Source: Klebsormidium nitens (Eukaryota; Plantae; Klebsormidiophyceae). From it: 64,000 nucleotides of DNA. Shown here piece after piece: positions 47,738 to 61,400 of this stretch. The translations under genes were made by a program, and so were the position numbers. The stretch's first letter is position 1; each line of letters begins with the position of its first letter. The notes beneath the pieces were generated by a model. That model did not search any database, was not told the origin of the DNA, and was given only the letters and a program-made list of their open reading frames with translations. The DNA lies in contig DF237196.1 of assembly GCA_000708835.1 (NCBI GenBank), forward strand, positions 1 to 64,000, in the 5' to 3' direction.

Positions 47738-47909
47738 GGGTGGGTGGGAGGGCGCCCCGATTCGCTTATGTGGGCGGGTGGGAGGGCAAGATTGATCCCC
47801 GTGTGGGCCCCGGTACAATATTGAGCATTTTAGGTTGCACTAAAACCAAAGATCTGAAGAGTTTCTAGTCACATCATATGAGACTCTTGCGTTTGGGTGG
47901 GCGGGAGGG
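47738..47909 (+). promoter_or_regulatory. Three perfect G3-N1 G-quadruplex motifs in the divergent HISN3/IWR1 intergenic region
   Basis: GGGTGGGTGGGAGGG (47738-47752), GGGCGGGTGGGAGGG (47772-47786) and GGGTGGGCGGGAGGG (47895-47909). The motifs are seen directly; regulatory function is unproven. Confidence 0.55.
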
Positions 47910-48635
47910 CGCCCCGGTCTTAAGTATGATAGCAATTTTCATCTCAGAGCTGACCGGAGCAATACCCCACGCTGCAGTTTCCAATCAGGCAAAATGCGGC
48001 CAAACGGAAATTGTCGTGCGTCCCGGCACCGCCGGGAAAAATGGGTTAAACTGGCGCGTTAGACCTTAACACGATTCAAAGAGCTTAAGGAAAAATCTCA
48101 AGTTGGTTTGCCCTTTCCCGAAAAAACCGCAAAAACACGGCGTTAGATTATGTCGAATGACGAGGAACGGGCCCATTTGATCTTTTGGTTCTCGTTGGTA
48201 GGATTTTGCTGTACATTAAGGCCTTACTCACAGTGGATTTCACAGAACATTAAACTTTTCGAAAATACACAGTATGACGCGACCGGCGAATTTAACCACC
48301 TGAACACGGTGACGTCGTACAGCGAAATAAAATGCCTGACGGACCCCACATCCGGATGACCGCTACAGCTCGCCCCATATAAATATGGGCGAGCTAAAAA
48401 TTTTGCAAAATCTGTGGATTGGACAATCCTCAGCTTCCAACTTCCACATTCAAGCTCAGAGTCGGAGCAGGACAATACCCTTTTGTGGCGCTTGCTTCTT
48501 CTGCAAGGACGCTGCATCTGCCACTTTTCATAAGATCAATCCAACCTTCACTTGCTAGCTCTCGAAAGCCATTCTGGACATTAAAGAGCGTCGCAATCTT
48601 GTGGCCCTTCAGTAGGACGTCTGCAAACGAGAGGG

Positions 48636-51600
48636 ATGGAGCTGCAAACAGCGAAGGAGCAGCAATCAGACGGCCCATTGGAAGCATACACTAGCCGCAC
48701 TTCTGCTGGAGCTGACGCATCAGTGACGGGACTGCCACTGAAGAATGAACAGTGGGGAGGAGACGGATTGAGGTTGAGTGGTGAAGGAGCGTCAGATGCA
48801 GCGCTAATCACAAATGCTCAGACGAGTACAATGGGGGATCCGAAAGGGGCTGCAGGTTCTTTCACACAAGAAGGAATGCGGTCTGATGGAAGTGGCAAGC
48901 CTGGGGAGGAAGCAAGCGATGAAAAAGGGGGACAGAGCAGCTTGGCAGCTGCAGAAAGGCCGACGGTGGTCAGGATCAAAAGGAGGAGGACGGAGTCGCC
49001 GCTAGATGCTTTAAGTGAGTCTGCAGTTGGTGATCTTAGGTGGCTTTCGTGACTCCAAAAGCTCCGTCTTGGCTGGAGGAGTTGTGCCCAGATGTTTTTG
49101 ATGAGATGGTGGAGTTGATTGGTAGGACAAACCAATACAGGGCAGTAATTGCACGTCAATTGAACTCTGCTGCCTCAGCATCTATTCACTGTCCCTGTAT
49201 GTACTTTATTTTCTGGATGGCTGAAAGGCGCATTTTCAGTCCGATTGTCCTCTCCTTCCTCCGCTGGTTTTTCCCAGACAATAAGCGTTCCTTCCGACAG
49301 AACTTTCAACAATCCAAAAGAATAGGAAGCTTACAAGCTGGCGCAATATGGGAGACCCTAATAAGCAACACGAACGTGCTTCAATCAGCGACCCAGTGCT
49401 AACCTAATCCATCCTTCCTCTAGTGCTGGAGGTGGCCAGCCGGGAACAATCAGGCGGGGGCCTCAATGATGCAATCGTGAGGCTTGCGATCGAAGAGCGG
49501 CCCACAGCACGCAAGCTGTTCCGCAGAATCGACACGGTCTCAGAAGCGGACCTGAGGGCAGAGGGGGCTGGGGAGTCGCTACTGCAGCGACTCAATGGGC
49601 TGCGACAGACTGGACCTGATGTGGCGGGACTAAGTTCAGAGGGGGGCTTGCCTGCACGGGACAGAGAAGAGCCTTCCAGACTGGAAAGCTCAAACACCGA
49701 GGCCGAGGCAGAAGGCAGGATCACTGAAGACGGGAAACAGGCAGAGACCGCGGGGGCCCAGAGGTCTCCTTCAGTGCCGGTCTTCCAAGCCACCCACTCC
49801 GAAAAGGGCTCCGCTGTAAAACGCCCCCCCGCAAAGCACATGCGGATAGAAGCGCACGGGCAGTCGAGAGAGGACGCCCTCAGCGAGGACCTCCGGAGAG
49901 GGCGTCAGCAGGAGCTGATGACGTCAGCAAGGAAAGGGCGGCTCGAGGCAGCGTCAGCGGCGCGGTACGAGCAGGTACGGGGGCGGAGGGGGGTGGCCGA
50001 CCCGATGGGGGAGCTGTTCCGGCTGTATGACGTCATCAGGGTGGACGAGGAGGAGGAGTGGCGGAGGGCGGAGCGGGAGGCGAGGAAACGGTGAGTCAGG
50101 AACGACGAAAAGTAGTAGGAGTGATAATGTGATACGAGTTGCAGAAACGGCAGAAGAGCAGCGAAGAGAGTTGGAAGGAGCAAGTCATTGAGAGGTGTAT
50201 CAATGTTGCTCGAGTCTTGCGGCAGAAACTTCGAGCCATCCTGCATCATTGTTCCCAGGGATGAGCGGGACGGTGGCTCAGTATCTTCTAAGGACTTCCT
50301 GGAAAACTGGTTCAGAAGACGAAGCTTGTGTCGTGTATCACCTTTCAACAATTCGACGGCAGACATGAGGCAGGCGAGAGTGCTTGCTCTCAGTTGCTGA
50401 CAATCACCAAGGGCTTTCAAAGATTTGAGCGATCATGAAGAAGTAACTAGCCTGAACTCTTCATTGATCCACACTTCCCGACGACCCAACGACGATGATG
50501 ACATTCTCTTCCCCCAGCGGGGCCATCCCATGAGGCGTTCAAGCGGTTGATGTCCAGGGCTCCCTGTTGAAACCATACGCCATCCATCGTTCACTACTGA
50601 CGTCACCTTCCGCCTGTCTCTGACGGCCGTCGTTCGTTCCGCAGGGCCGTCCACGAGATGTCCGAACGGCGGATGCTCCTGATGAACTACCTGCCGCTAC
50701 TGCGCGAGACTGTCCCGAGTGCGGCGGCTGACCTGCAGGCGCCTGCCACGTGGCAGGACGACGGCCAGGCGGCCGAGGATGACGTCAGCGACGGGGAGGA
50801 CTACGTGTACGACGTGTTTGCGCTGGAGGAAGGGGCGACGGACGAAGCGGATGGCGCAGATGAGCTGCATCCCGTGTAAGCCTTGCTCTCGATAAGGCAC
50901 AAGAAAATTCAATCTTTGCGTGCTTTCACCTTGTTCGTTTGTTGCATATAAGCTCCTGCGTCATTGGCCAGGTTCTGATTAGGCCCAACGGTTTTAGAAT
51001 CGGGCAAGGGTATGGCGTATGTACCATATCTCTGACGTCGGTCACAGTAGCTGGGGACTTTTTTTTGCGGCGCTGTCAATACATGTCACATACAAGAGAT
51101 TGTCCGACCGAGTTTTCCTGTTCTAACGTCAAAGCTTTGACTTATTTTCGTGGGCTGGAATCGTCTTACTGGCATCCATTTGAGCAGGAGCTTTCGGCTT
51201 TTGATAAGCTCCGTTATTGTCAAGGGTTTTGAAACTTGTATGGAGGAGTCACTTCGAGCCCCACGAAGTGCGACCAATTTTGATAAGGCACAAGAAAACC
51301 CATTCTTGGCCCGCTTTCAGTTTGTTCGTTGTTCGTTTGTTGCAATCAAAATTCCTGCCTCTTTAGTCAGGTTCTGATTGGGGCCAAACATATCCTTTAA
51401 CGGGGCAACAAATTTATCCCTGGTTTCCAGCCCGCCTTTCCTTTTGCCGCAGTGTCCGAGTTGCGGATGATCTGGACATGCGGCCGACGGACGAGGCCCC
51501 GTCCGAGTACGACAGCGAAGACTCCAACGGTTAGCATCCCTTATCTGAGCCGAACACTCTCAGGTCGTATGAGCGCCCTCGGAATGCAGCAGATGCGCTG

Positions 51601-52074
51601 CGCTGTAGGCTAAGCTTCGAGCTTTCGTTCTCCATGTAAAGGTTGCTCAACACAACGCAATAGCATGCGCTTCCGTTGACCTCGATGAGACGCCTAGCTC
51701 TGTAAAATGGAAATAGCGGTTATCGCAGACGTAGCAGAGCCGGGGAGAAGGCCATTCGTTGTAGGGGCTGATTACCAGATGAGAGCGATCTTACCTGCTT
51801 GAGTAAGTCGGTTTCCTCGTCGAAATCCTCAAAAACTTGATGTGGATTTCAACTGGCGTTCGCAGACGAGAACAACCCTGACAATGACTATCCAGAAGAC
51901 GAATTCGACGGGGCCATAGACGCTGTAAGCGACGCGTCTAGCCAGGACCGCGACCTGGACGTCTACGCAGATGATGACGAGGAGTACGACGTCATGGCGT
52001 ACGATGAGGAGGACAGCGACGAGGAGGGGGTCCGCGTAGGGGCCGCCATGTCTAGTTGGGCCATGCGGAGGTAA
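48636..52074 (+). CDS. IWR1: IWR1/RDM4/DMS4-like RNA polymerase nuclear-import and RdDM factor
   Basis: Exons 48636-49014 (PTVVRIKRRRTESPLDAL), 49424-50090 (ARYEQV...LYDVIRVD), 50645-50875 (NYLPLLRE...DYVYDVF), 51453-51529 and 51866-52074 (DSEDSN|DENNPDNDYPED, the Iwr1 motif) join in phase. Confidence 0.88.
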
Positions 52075-53131
52075 TAAAAGCATGATTGAACCGATGATAC
52101 TGTTTTAAAAAACCGCTAGAGTCAGGAAGGTGAATGGACATTTTAAAGTCGCATACGGGAAACGTTAAGAATGTAAAAACTGTCGTGATCTGTAGGTAGC
52201 TACAAGGAAGATTAAATGTGGTCACCAATAAGCCAGGAGAACAAGGAGAGAGATAGCCGCACATTGCGAAGAATATATCGGTAGATTACCTTGCGGAATT
52301 GCGGGCAAGGTTTTGCAGAAGGGCAGAGGAGTACGAAAGTCACGAATGTCAGAAGCGACCCCATGAGTATTCGAGTGCAGATGTAGCATGCTGCAAGCGT
52401 GTATAGATTTAGCGCAGCATCAATTTAGACAGTTTCAAGGTGGTCACTCCCGCTCCATCGGAAACTGCCCTTGTGGCTTTGATCAGATCACCAACCGCGC
52501 TGACAACTCTGGCCGCATCGCGAGTTGTCGGCATCGATCACAACATGCACAACCGTCGATCACGTACCTTACTTAACTTGGGCCTCCCGGTGTAATTGCA
52601 CGTACCAAATGTCAATCGAGCAATTGTGCTTGAGCCGGAAAAATCCATGCGTACATGTGGATCCACATATTGAAGGGACTGGAACCCCACCCTTAGGCGT
52701 CATGCATGTACATGGCCAGCAGAATGATTCGTGACCCTTGCATGAGGAGAATCGGCTAACTGTTCTGAGGTTTGATATCTCGTCATATTCCGCAGATCCC
52801 TTGGAAAAGCACGTATGCACAGGGCCTGGCGTGCACATAGTATACAGCAGTGCGCATCTTGAGGTTCTTTCTATGGTCAACTCGGAGAGTAAAAACTGAA
52901 GTCCAGGGTCTCCGCAGCTTACTGATAATCAGATGCTAAGTTGACTCTGTACACCTTGCACTGAACAGATTTCATATCTGTAATTACAAAGACAGCATGC
53001 TACCTTTTGAATAATTGGATGTGCCAGCATCAGGGACTTGCTCCCGCAGACACACCACCAAGCAAAAACAGCTCCCCAAGCTAGCTTTGGCAGACGCTCC
53101 TGACCAAAGCCGCTCCTAACCTGCAGCTACC

Positions 53132-54057
53132 CTACTCCTCCTCTACATCCTGCGTCTCAAATGCTCTCCTCGCCTTCTTCAGTTCCTCATTCATTCTAAG
53201 GAGCTCTTTGACTCGCCCGTACTTCCGTGCGTCCTTTCGTACCAGAAAGACCAGGTCCTCTGTCGTCAAACGCGCTCGATGCTCTGCCACCTCAGAAGCC
53301 TGCATTTGAGAAAGTAACATGCTTGCTGAGAGGGACATTCCTGGCAACCCAGACATGCAATCAAGCCAGGCCGCTGTGTAAGCTTCACAGGAAGCGTGGG
53401 GGCCCAAATTGGTGTGTCAAACCACTATCAGGCTCACTATGTCAACACTGCTGTAACGCCCGAGTAGATTGCACATACTTCACTTAACATATGTTGAGGC
53501 AAGGGCTAAAGCCTGTGAAGAGTGAGACAAGAGATTCACCACCTGTAAAAGTAGGTGCCTTTGAACATCAAGAGTGCATTTCTCACCTTTTGCACAACTC
53601 CTTAGTATGAACTAACTTTTGATAATTGCCGTGAGATTGTTCAAGTAGCGTCAAAAGCCTGCCGATTCAACCTTCAGCACTTGCAAGCTTCTATGCGCAA
53701 TTGCCATCCCGTCTTCCAAACCCCAGTACCATCAAGACTGGACCTGAAGCAATGTAGGAATGAAGTTTCAATCACAGTGTTTCGCGCCCGCCAACCATCC
53801 GCCTCATCCAAATAACTGGCGCTCACCTTATGCAGCATATCTGTAATGTAATCCACTAGGATATCCTCCACCAGCTCCACCGTCTCAGGCATGGGTTTCG
53901 GATCGTCTCCAAAGCCATACATCATTGGCTGCAGATCTTTGTAGAACATCCCCCTCTTCCTCTTGAACGTCGCTCCGGACTCTGGCGCATCCGCAGCCTT
54001 CCCTTTGCCTTTCCCTGCCCCGCCTTTGCCACCGCTGCTCTCCCCAGGCGCGGACAT
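53132..54057 (-). CDS. TAF13: TATA-binding protein-associated factor 13
   Basis: Exons 53827-54057 (KRKRGMFYKDLQPMMYGFGDDPKPMPETVELVEDILVDYITDMLHK) and 53132-53299 (ASEVA...EDLVFLVRKDARKYGRVKELLRMNEELKKARRAF). Confidence 0.96.
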
Positions 54058-54655
54058 GCTGACGAAAAGCTCCGTTCCAATTCCCACGCTCTTTGTGGCA
54101 ACAGCAAACTTCAAAGGGCTCCGTGACCTCGCAGAAGAGCCGTACAATGTATTCTCGAAACGGGCACCTCCAATTCGCAGACTGTTTGCGAGCTGCAGAT
54201 GGATTCTCTTCGAGCCAATTGAAGCTCTTCTTACTGACTTTTAGACCACTCTTCACTTTTGCTCGTACATTGCAGAGAGAACCTTATCGGATATCCCTTC
54301 TGACCTGAGCTTCGAAAGCCGTCAGGGAACCTGGTAGCCGGCGGCGATTCTTTGCTGAATTTGAGGCCTAGAAAGTTGAAAAGGCAAAACCGGCCAAACC
54401 GTTAATATCTTGGCTTGACGCCGAAGATCTTTAGGGTCCTAGTCCTGAAGTCGTCCCATTTTTCTTAGCAGGCCTTCCGAAGTGGTGGCAGTGCTGGTAT
54501 CCAGCAAAAACGGCATTGTGTTGTTTGAAGCAACATTTCGGGGCGCACTTGTGTGCTTGGAGGAGGAGAGGAGGCGAGGATCCAGAATACTTTGGCGCTT
54601 AGAGCCTACCAGGAAGCAACTCCTTCGCGCAAGGGTCCAGAACACCAGGGCGCGC

Positions 54656-57004
54656 ATGGCGCTGTACGGTTGGGGTCACCGCGCTTCTCGTTATGTCCAT
54701 CAGCGCGTGCCTTTTCTGCAGCTTCTATCGCAGCAGGAATCTTTCTTTCTTGGAGCCCGTGGAAGAGAACCCAGCTCTTCTTCCACGTCCTGTGATCCGG
54801 TCTCTCCTTTGCCTTCAGCAGTTTCCTACGGCCTTTCTGCATGTAGAGAGACCGCTCAAGAAGATGGGCCTTGGTCAATGGGTGCAAAGACGAACGGCAG
54901 TGACCGCTGCCTTGTATCCAGAGACATACCTCGTCCAATGCTGGCAAGCAATGATAGCACTTTCAGCCAGCTTTACTGGGGTTTGACAGGACGAACCGGC
55001 AGCTTTCGGTGCACAGCTTACTCGGACGAAGGGTTCCTAACCAGGGGATATGCCACCACTTCTTTCAATCCAGCATCCCAGCGCGCCTGGCAGCATTCTG
55101 CTGCCGCCACTAGTTCCCCAGACCAATCTGACTCTGCCTTAAGGAGAGAAGCAGAGCTGGCCGCCAGTGCCCCAAGCAAAACCAAATCAGACGGCACAAT
55201 TGGCATTCGCTGGTACAAACATGTAGGAGTAGAAGAAACAGAAGACTCGACTTTCCACGTCACCCTCGATGGGAAGCGCCTTCCAAGCCCCGCCCGGCGC
55301 CCTCTAGTCCTGCCTACGAAAGAGCTCGCTCTCGCCATTGCAGCAGAGTGGGAGTGGCAAGACAAGAAAAGCATCCGCCCGTTCACGATGCCGCTGATGA
55401 AGCTAGCTTCCACCGCGACTGATTTAGTGCCCCTGCAAAGAAACGCGATTGTTGATAACCTGATGAAGTACTTTCGGACGTCGGACGCGGTGTGCGTGCG
55501 GGACCCGGGGGAAGGACGCCTGAAAAGGAAGCAAGCGGAGATCTGGGACCCGTTGTTAGACTGGATGCAGCAGGAACTAGGCGTGCGGCCTGTGACGTCC
55601 GGGAGCATCTTTGGGGCGGAGCAGCCACCAGAGGTGGTGCGGACAGTACAGGTGGGGGGATTGGTTGCGGCAATCTGCCTTGTCTGTGTCCCCATATTGG
55701 GCGCGGGAAGGAAAAGCTCGAGTTGAAAGAAAGTTGAGTGTTCAAAACATTTGCGTGTAGGTTTTCAGCCGTACATAGGCTTTGGGATTATAACGGCTGC
55801 TCACTTCTCAGAGGTGGTGGTGGCTCAGATGGTGAAGGTCTAGGGTGGTCTCCTTGTGTGTGGATCATTTCTGGCCAGCTTCGAGAGTCTTTAAAGAATC
55901 CTTCTGATAAGCTCCGGGGTGCATGGTTATTTGGTTGGAGCATCGAAGAAGGTGGTGAGAATGGGAGCCAGTAGGGCTCGAGTTCCGGTCTCTCTTGTAT
56001 CCAGTAGTCCTTTTCCGGGCTCTGAGCGTCAACAAGCCGCTTCAAGCTCAAAACCTACATGGCAGTGTCAGGGAATTCGTAGAGGTCCACATTGCGCACT
56101 TGGGCCCACGCGATCTGCTTTGCCAATGGTTGGCAAGATCGAGATGATTTTGAATGGTCTGACCCTTGCGTTTGTCTATTCTTTCTCAGGAGCTACTTCA
56201 TCGGAAGAGTGACTTCCGGCTGGCGGCCGTGGACGCGCTCGCCAGCTCAGCGCACTCGCTTGTGATTGCGCTTGCGGTCTCAAGGGGGCACCTGGGCCCA
56301 CGGAAGGCGCTGGAGGCGGTGCGAGTGGAGGAAGACCATCAGGTCAGGGCTTCGTCTTTTCTGCCCCATCTAGTTTTTTTCATGCAAAGGCGGCCTCATG
56401 CGAAGTGCTGGTGCCGGACCGAGTGCCTGATCAGGTTTCTATTTTCTGTACTCTCTGGAATCTGGAAAGTGGGTCCCTCCTTGGGGTTCCATTTATTAGG
56501 GATTGTCGGTTCCTGGAGGGCTTGTAAGGTGCTGCTCATGGCGTGCACTTTGATTCAATCAATTCAGAACGCTCTCGCAACCGCAGGGGAGACCTGAAGC
56601 CGTTGATTGCTTGGCCACCTGTAGGCGCCGCACAGCTTCTCAAAGCTTCTCAAAAAGTAGAGGAAGGCTTTATCCTATATTCAACCTCTCGAAGTGGTAT
56701 AAGGACGGATTCAGACTGCTAGTGTTTGTTTGTTGGTTCACCAACTTGATGCTCCTCGACTGCTTTAAGAACGAGATCAGGATCTCTGGTCTGCTAGTCT
56801 TTTTCTGCAAGAAACACTTCCGTTTGGGCTCGAAACCTTTTTGACGTTGAAGCTCCAACACGTTTCCCCGAAACTGACGCACCTCCCCTGTTGCGACAGA
56901 TGGAAGAGTGGGGCCTTGTCGAAGGGGGTCACGACCTCGACATAGCAGATACAAAAGTCCGCATTGCAGCACCTTCGCTCTTCTTGCGGCTACTCGATGA
57001 ATGA
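54656..57004 (+). CDS. ATP12: Mitochondrial F1-ATPase assembly factor 2
   Basis: Exons 54656-55651 (RWYKHV...VTLDGKRLPSP...AIAAEWEWQ...TMPLMKLAST), 56190-56342 and 56900-57004 (EEWGLVEGGHDLD); long N-terminal presequence-like region. Confidence 0.95.
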
Positions 57005-58421
57005 TCAACGACCCGAGTGTAGCACGAGCCAGAGATCAGAGTTCGTGACCAACAAGCCCTCCCGAACCTTTTAGGATGCATGGGAAGAAGTCATTTGGCC
57101 TGCGAATATCTGAACACATAAATCCAGATTACACTGAGTCATCGGCGTTTGTTGACATGAAGATCATTATGTGTCTTCATGACTCTTCAGAATATTTAAA
57201 ACATGTGTGAGTCTGCGGTGCATACACGTTCTGATAAGGCTTGTGAGCATCATGGGAAATCTTAGCGACAGGAAGCGTCGTGTTGATGTATGTATCCCCT
57301 TTCCGCATGTCATTCCCAGCCTTTGCATGTCATTGCCAGCCCTTGCATCTCATGCATGGAAAGGAGGTGGAAATGCAAACAGATTGCAAGGACATACAGA
57401 GCAGATTGGGTCATTCCATTGCCTTCCCAACTAAAGCTCTTGGAAAAGACAACGTATGCTGAGGGTTACGATCATCGATCTTTATGGCGAACTCGAAGAT
57501 TGAGGAACGACAGGTATGAACAATGATTCACATGGTCACGGCCTAAGTCAAATATGTAGTGCAGACATACCTTGAAGGTACACCGCGGCCTTAGTTGCAA
57601 GGAAGCTTATATGCAAGATCTAGATGTATGCCTCAGGATTCTGGGAGCGGCTCTTGAAAATGGACGTTAAGTTGGCTTCATAACGTACATGCCATCCTTA
57701 TCGATAAAATTCTCATTCAAAGACAACGCCCAGCGGTGACTGAGGACATCAACATTGTCGCCATGGCCCTGAAAAGAAAGTGATACATGAACACGTCATA
57801 AGGACCTACCCCCGCCACGGAAATGTATGCCTAAGGTCGCCCATTCATATCAACTCTTCGAGACCTTATCAGGGGCTAAGAATCAAAATCTTGCAAAATG
57901 CATGGCACACCCGTCGAAACAAGGTGGGAGCAAGGGTAGTATGCATGCAAGCCGTTTCAACTTGCCCAGGCCAGGTTCACACTTCAAACACCCGGGTTTA
58001 GACAAACCGCAACCAAGACCTAGCAAAACCGGAATTCTCTCTTCAAAGCGTCAGAAACTGCATGGAGCCTGAGGCTGAGCCTGGAGGCGCCATTTCAGGA
58101 TGTCTTGGTCTGCGTTGCCATATTATGCACTATTTGTGTGAGACGTACAGGTGAATTGCAGCAGCTGCCACCAGCAATCAGATGCTGAAGCTTTGCGGGC
58201 ATGAGTGCTTTCACCGTCAGCATCGCAGGTTGAATGCAAGTTGAGTTTTTTAGCGTTCTCTCTGCTCTTAGCTTTGCCAAGGGATTGAGAAGGGACAGCT
58301 CATAGAGCTTCAATGAGGAGATCTGCATCTGAGGGCATCTTACAGCCGGTGCAGTAAGAGCTTGAGACTTTTGCCGATCGTGGCCGGTCGCGCAGCTGGA
58401 TACATCAGCTGAGTTGATATC

Positions 58422-61400
58422 ATGGCAGATCCTCCAGCAAAGAAGGTAAGGGCTTCGTTCAGCGTAACAATGTGCCTGTGTTAGTGACCACTATGGTGGA
58501 TGTGCCTGATCAAACCGTTCGTAGAAACTGCACACATGATGTGCAGCATTCAAGCCAGCAAAACATTCTCCAAAAGTTTTGAATGTACAGACTACTGCTG
58601 AGTGCTGGTTACATCACGGCAAATGTTGTATTCATGCCTGCATGTACAGCTTATGCATCGGGGACTAGCTTCTGGACATGTCGCTCACTTAACGGATACA
58701 GATATGTTCAACGCTGCCTTTCTGTTCTGACAAGTTGTCACCTTGGTAGCTCAAACAGCTGCCAGCCTGCCCTCTCTTTCCTGTTGAAGGACAGACGTGT
58801 TGACGATCACGTACACATGCTCTTCCCTGATCCCCCTCTCGCTTAAGCTTTTCTGACGTCAACATATGTGAGCTTTGTGCTTGAGAATGCAGAGACTGTC
58901 CACCAAGACTCCCCACTGTATGACTTAAAAGAACTGCAAACGTGTACTGCCCAATCCCAGATCTTTCCTCCCTCCTTGACAGGACCCGATTGCGCACATT
59001 GAAGAGCTTCTGAGAAAGGGTGATGACAAGAGCGGAGGAGGCGGTTGCGGCGCTGAACAAGCTCTGCTGCAGCATAATCTGGAACAAGAAGCATCCCGAT
59101 GGCTTGACTCGTGAACAAATGCAAGAGTTGCTGCTGAAGCCAACCCCTGCCTTGAAGAAGGTAAAACTCATGCAATGTTAGGAGTGCTACTTATTCAACG
59201 TGGGCATAAGGGCCTTTGAAGAATTGATCCCTTTCATTAAAGGGTCTGAAGAAGTCCTGCCTGTCTGTCTTTCTAAAGAAGTTCACAAGGTTTGCTCTTT
59301 ATTTTAGTACATGTACCACGATCCTGAATACTATGGTACAGAGTCAAATGATCAATATCCTGTGTGACTTAGATGTGATGAGTTTGCAGCCTGAGATCTC
59401 AGTCCCAACTCTTTTACTGGGCACAAGACTGCTGACTGACGCCTCGTATACGCGCCATCATGATCAGGTTTCTTCAAAAGCATGGGCTTCTCTCCCTTGC
59501 CCTTGGAAAAGAATGTCAATGCAGGCCTCTTCTCCCCTCTCAGGTGCAGAAGCTGATGAAGAACGAGTCCCTGGTCCAAGCCATCGTACAGCTGCTCCAC
59601 CACCCGGTTCTACTCCGCGACGCAACCGCCGAAGAGGCCGCCAACAACCAAGACTTCAGGGCGCTGGCCTCCTCTTTGAGTTGCATAGGCTATTTCCCAG
59701 ACTTTGCCTCGAGCCTCACGGAAGCGGGGTTGGCGCAGGAGGTTGCGAATCTCGGGGAGTCGTTCCGGAAATGGACTCGGCCTGTTCTGTTGAACAACAT
59801 GGTCCCCAGCAGTGGGGAGAACTGCCTCACTTGGATCCGGAACCTGGGGCGCCTTTCGACCTGCTTGGAGCTGCTTTCGGAGATGCTAGCATGGGCCGAC
59901 TTTGGGCAGGAAGCGGTTCGAGTGGGCCTGTTGCCGGGATTGTTGAAAGCGTGGCCCCCAAAGGGATACGACCATCCCCGGTACTTCAACGTGATCCAGG
60001 CGAACGAAGCGATGTGCGAGTGCTCTGCGGACATGCTGAGAGCGGTCGAGTTGGCGCTGCGGAACGGCGAGTTCAGAGAGTGGAAAGAGAAGCAGCGGAA
60101 CGAGCTCGTGGAGTGGCTCCTATCTGTGCTGACGTGGCAGCGCTTCCTCGGGTTTTACCCCGAGTGCACGGCGTCGCAGAACTACCAGGGAGCTGTTAGG
60201 CAAGTCTGGGTGGGGATCTACGGCCAGTGCTTGGGCGCCGGCTCGGGCGTCCGGAGCAAACTGGCGAGAAAGATGCAGAAAGCGTTCAAGGAGCTAGTGG
60301 CGAGTCCCGAGGCGCGGACCTGGAGCCCGACGCTGCAGAGCACCATGAAAGTCGTCGGCGAGGTGATGGACGAGCATATCAAGGAGCGGGACGGCGGGGG
60401 GGGGGCGTCTGCAGCTGTTGCGCAACCCCCTGAGGACGGGCTGGCCTTACTGACGTCAGCAGGAGGGGCGCCGCAGGTGCGGCCGGACAAGGTGGCGGCG
60501 CTTCTGCGGTCCAGGAAGAAGGCTGACGTGTTGCGGGGGATCCAGGCCATCCGGGCGGTGCTCGAGGGGGCTACGCGAGTGAACGGGGACAAGGTCGCGC
60601 TGTGCCGCGACCTGGAAGGGGGGCTGCCGTTTGAGAGGGCCGGCGTTCGGGAGGCGGTGATGGACGCGTTTGAGGGCCCGTTGGGGGGGTGGCTGCTGCG
60701 GGCCAACCAAAAGGCCGATGCCGAGACTGCGCTCACTTCCTTGGATTCGATGTGCCGGCGTTTCTTGAGTGAAGTAGCGGCGGCGGAAGCTGGAAAACTG
60801 TCGGTCCCGGCAGAGTTTCCGCAGTGGGAGTACTGGCGGGCAAAAGAAGCGGGCCCTGGAGACGACGGGGCTCTGGGAGCGGGAAGCGGAGAAGTGCGAA
60901 CTGTGGGAGGTTTGGGTCGGACTGAGGCAGGGATTGAGGACCAATTCGTAGCACGAAAGAGAGAGGTAAGTCTCTCAAGAGGTTCTAACGCCTCCAACGC
61001 AGATTGCAACGGGCAGAAAGAGGTGTTGGGCGGGCTCACGGGCACTTCGACTTTGGACGGGCCTGCCCGGGATCTGGACGGACGGAGTGCGGGTTTGGAC
61101 GGGCCGGACAGGGATCAGGACGGGCGGAATGGAAGTCCGGACGGGCGAGACTTCATCGGGGACAAATCGGACGGGGTATCGAACGGGCGGAATGGAAGTT
61201 CGGACGGACAGAGTGTCGAGTCGACCAGGCGAGACAGCGTTTTGGACGGACTTGACGGCACGCCCACCATGGACTCTGTCGTGCTGCGCCTCCTGCGGTG
61301 GGTTGTGCGGCAGCCCGCGCTCGAGCCCGTGATTCTCGCGGCCGCGCTCATGCCGATCGAGATCGAGTGCGCGCGAGTCGGATCGGCCCGCGTGGTCGCT

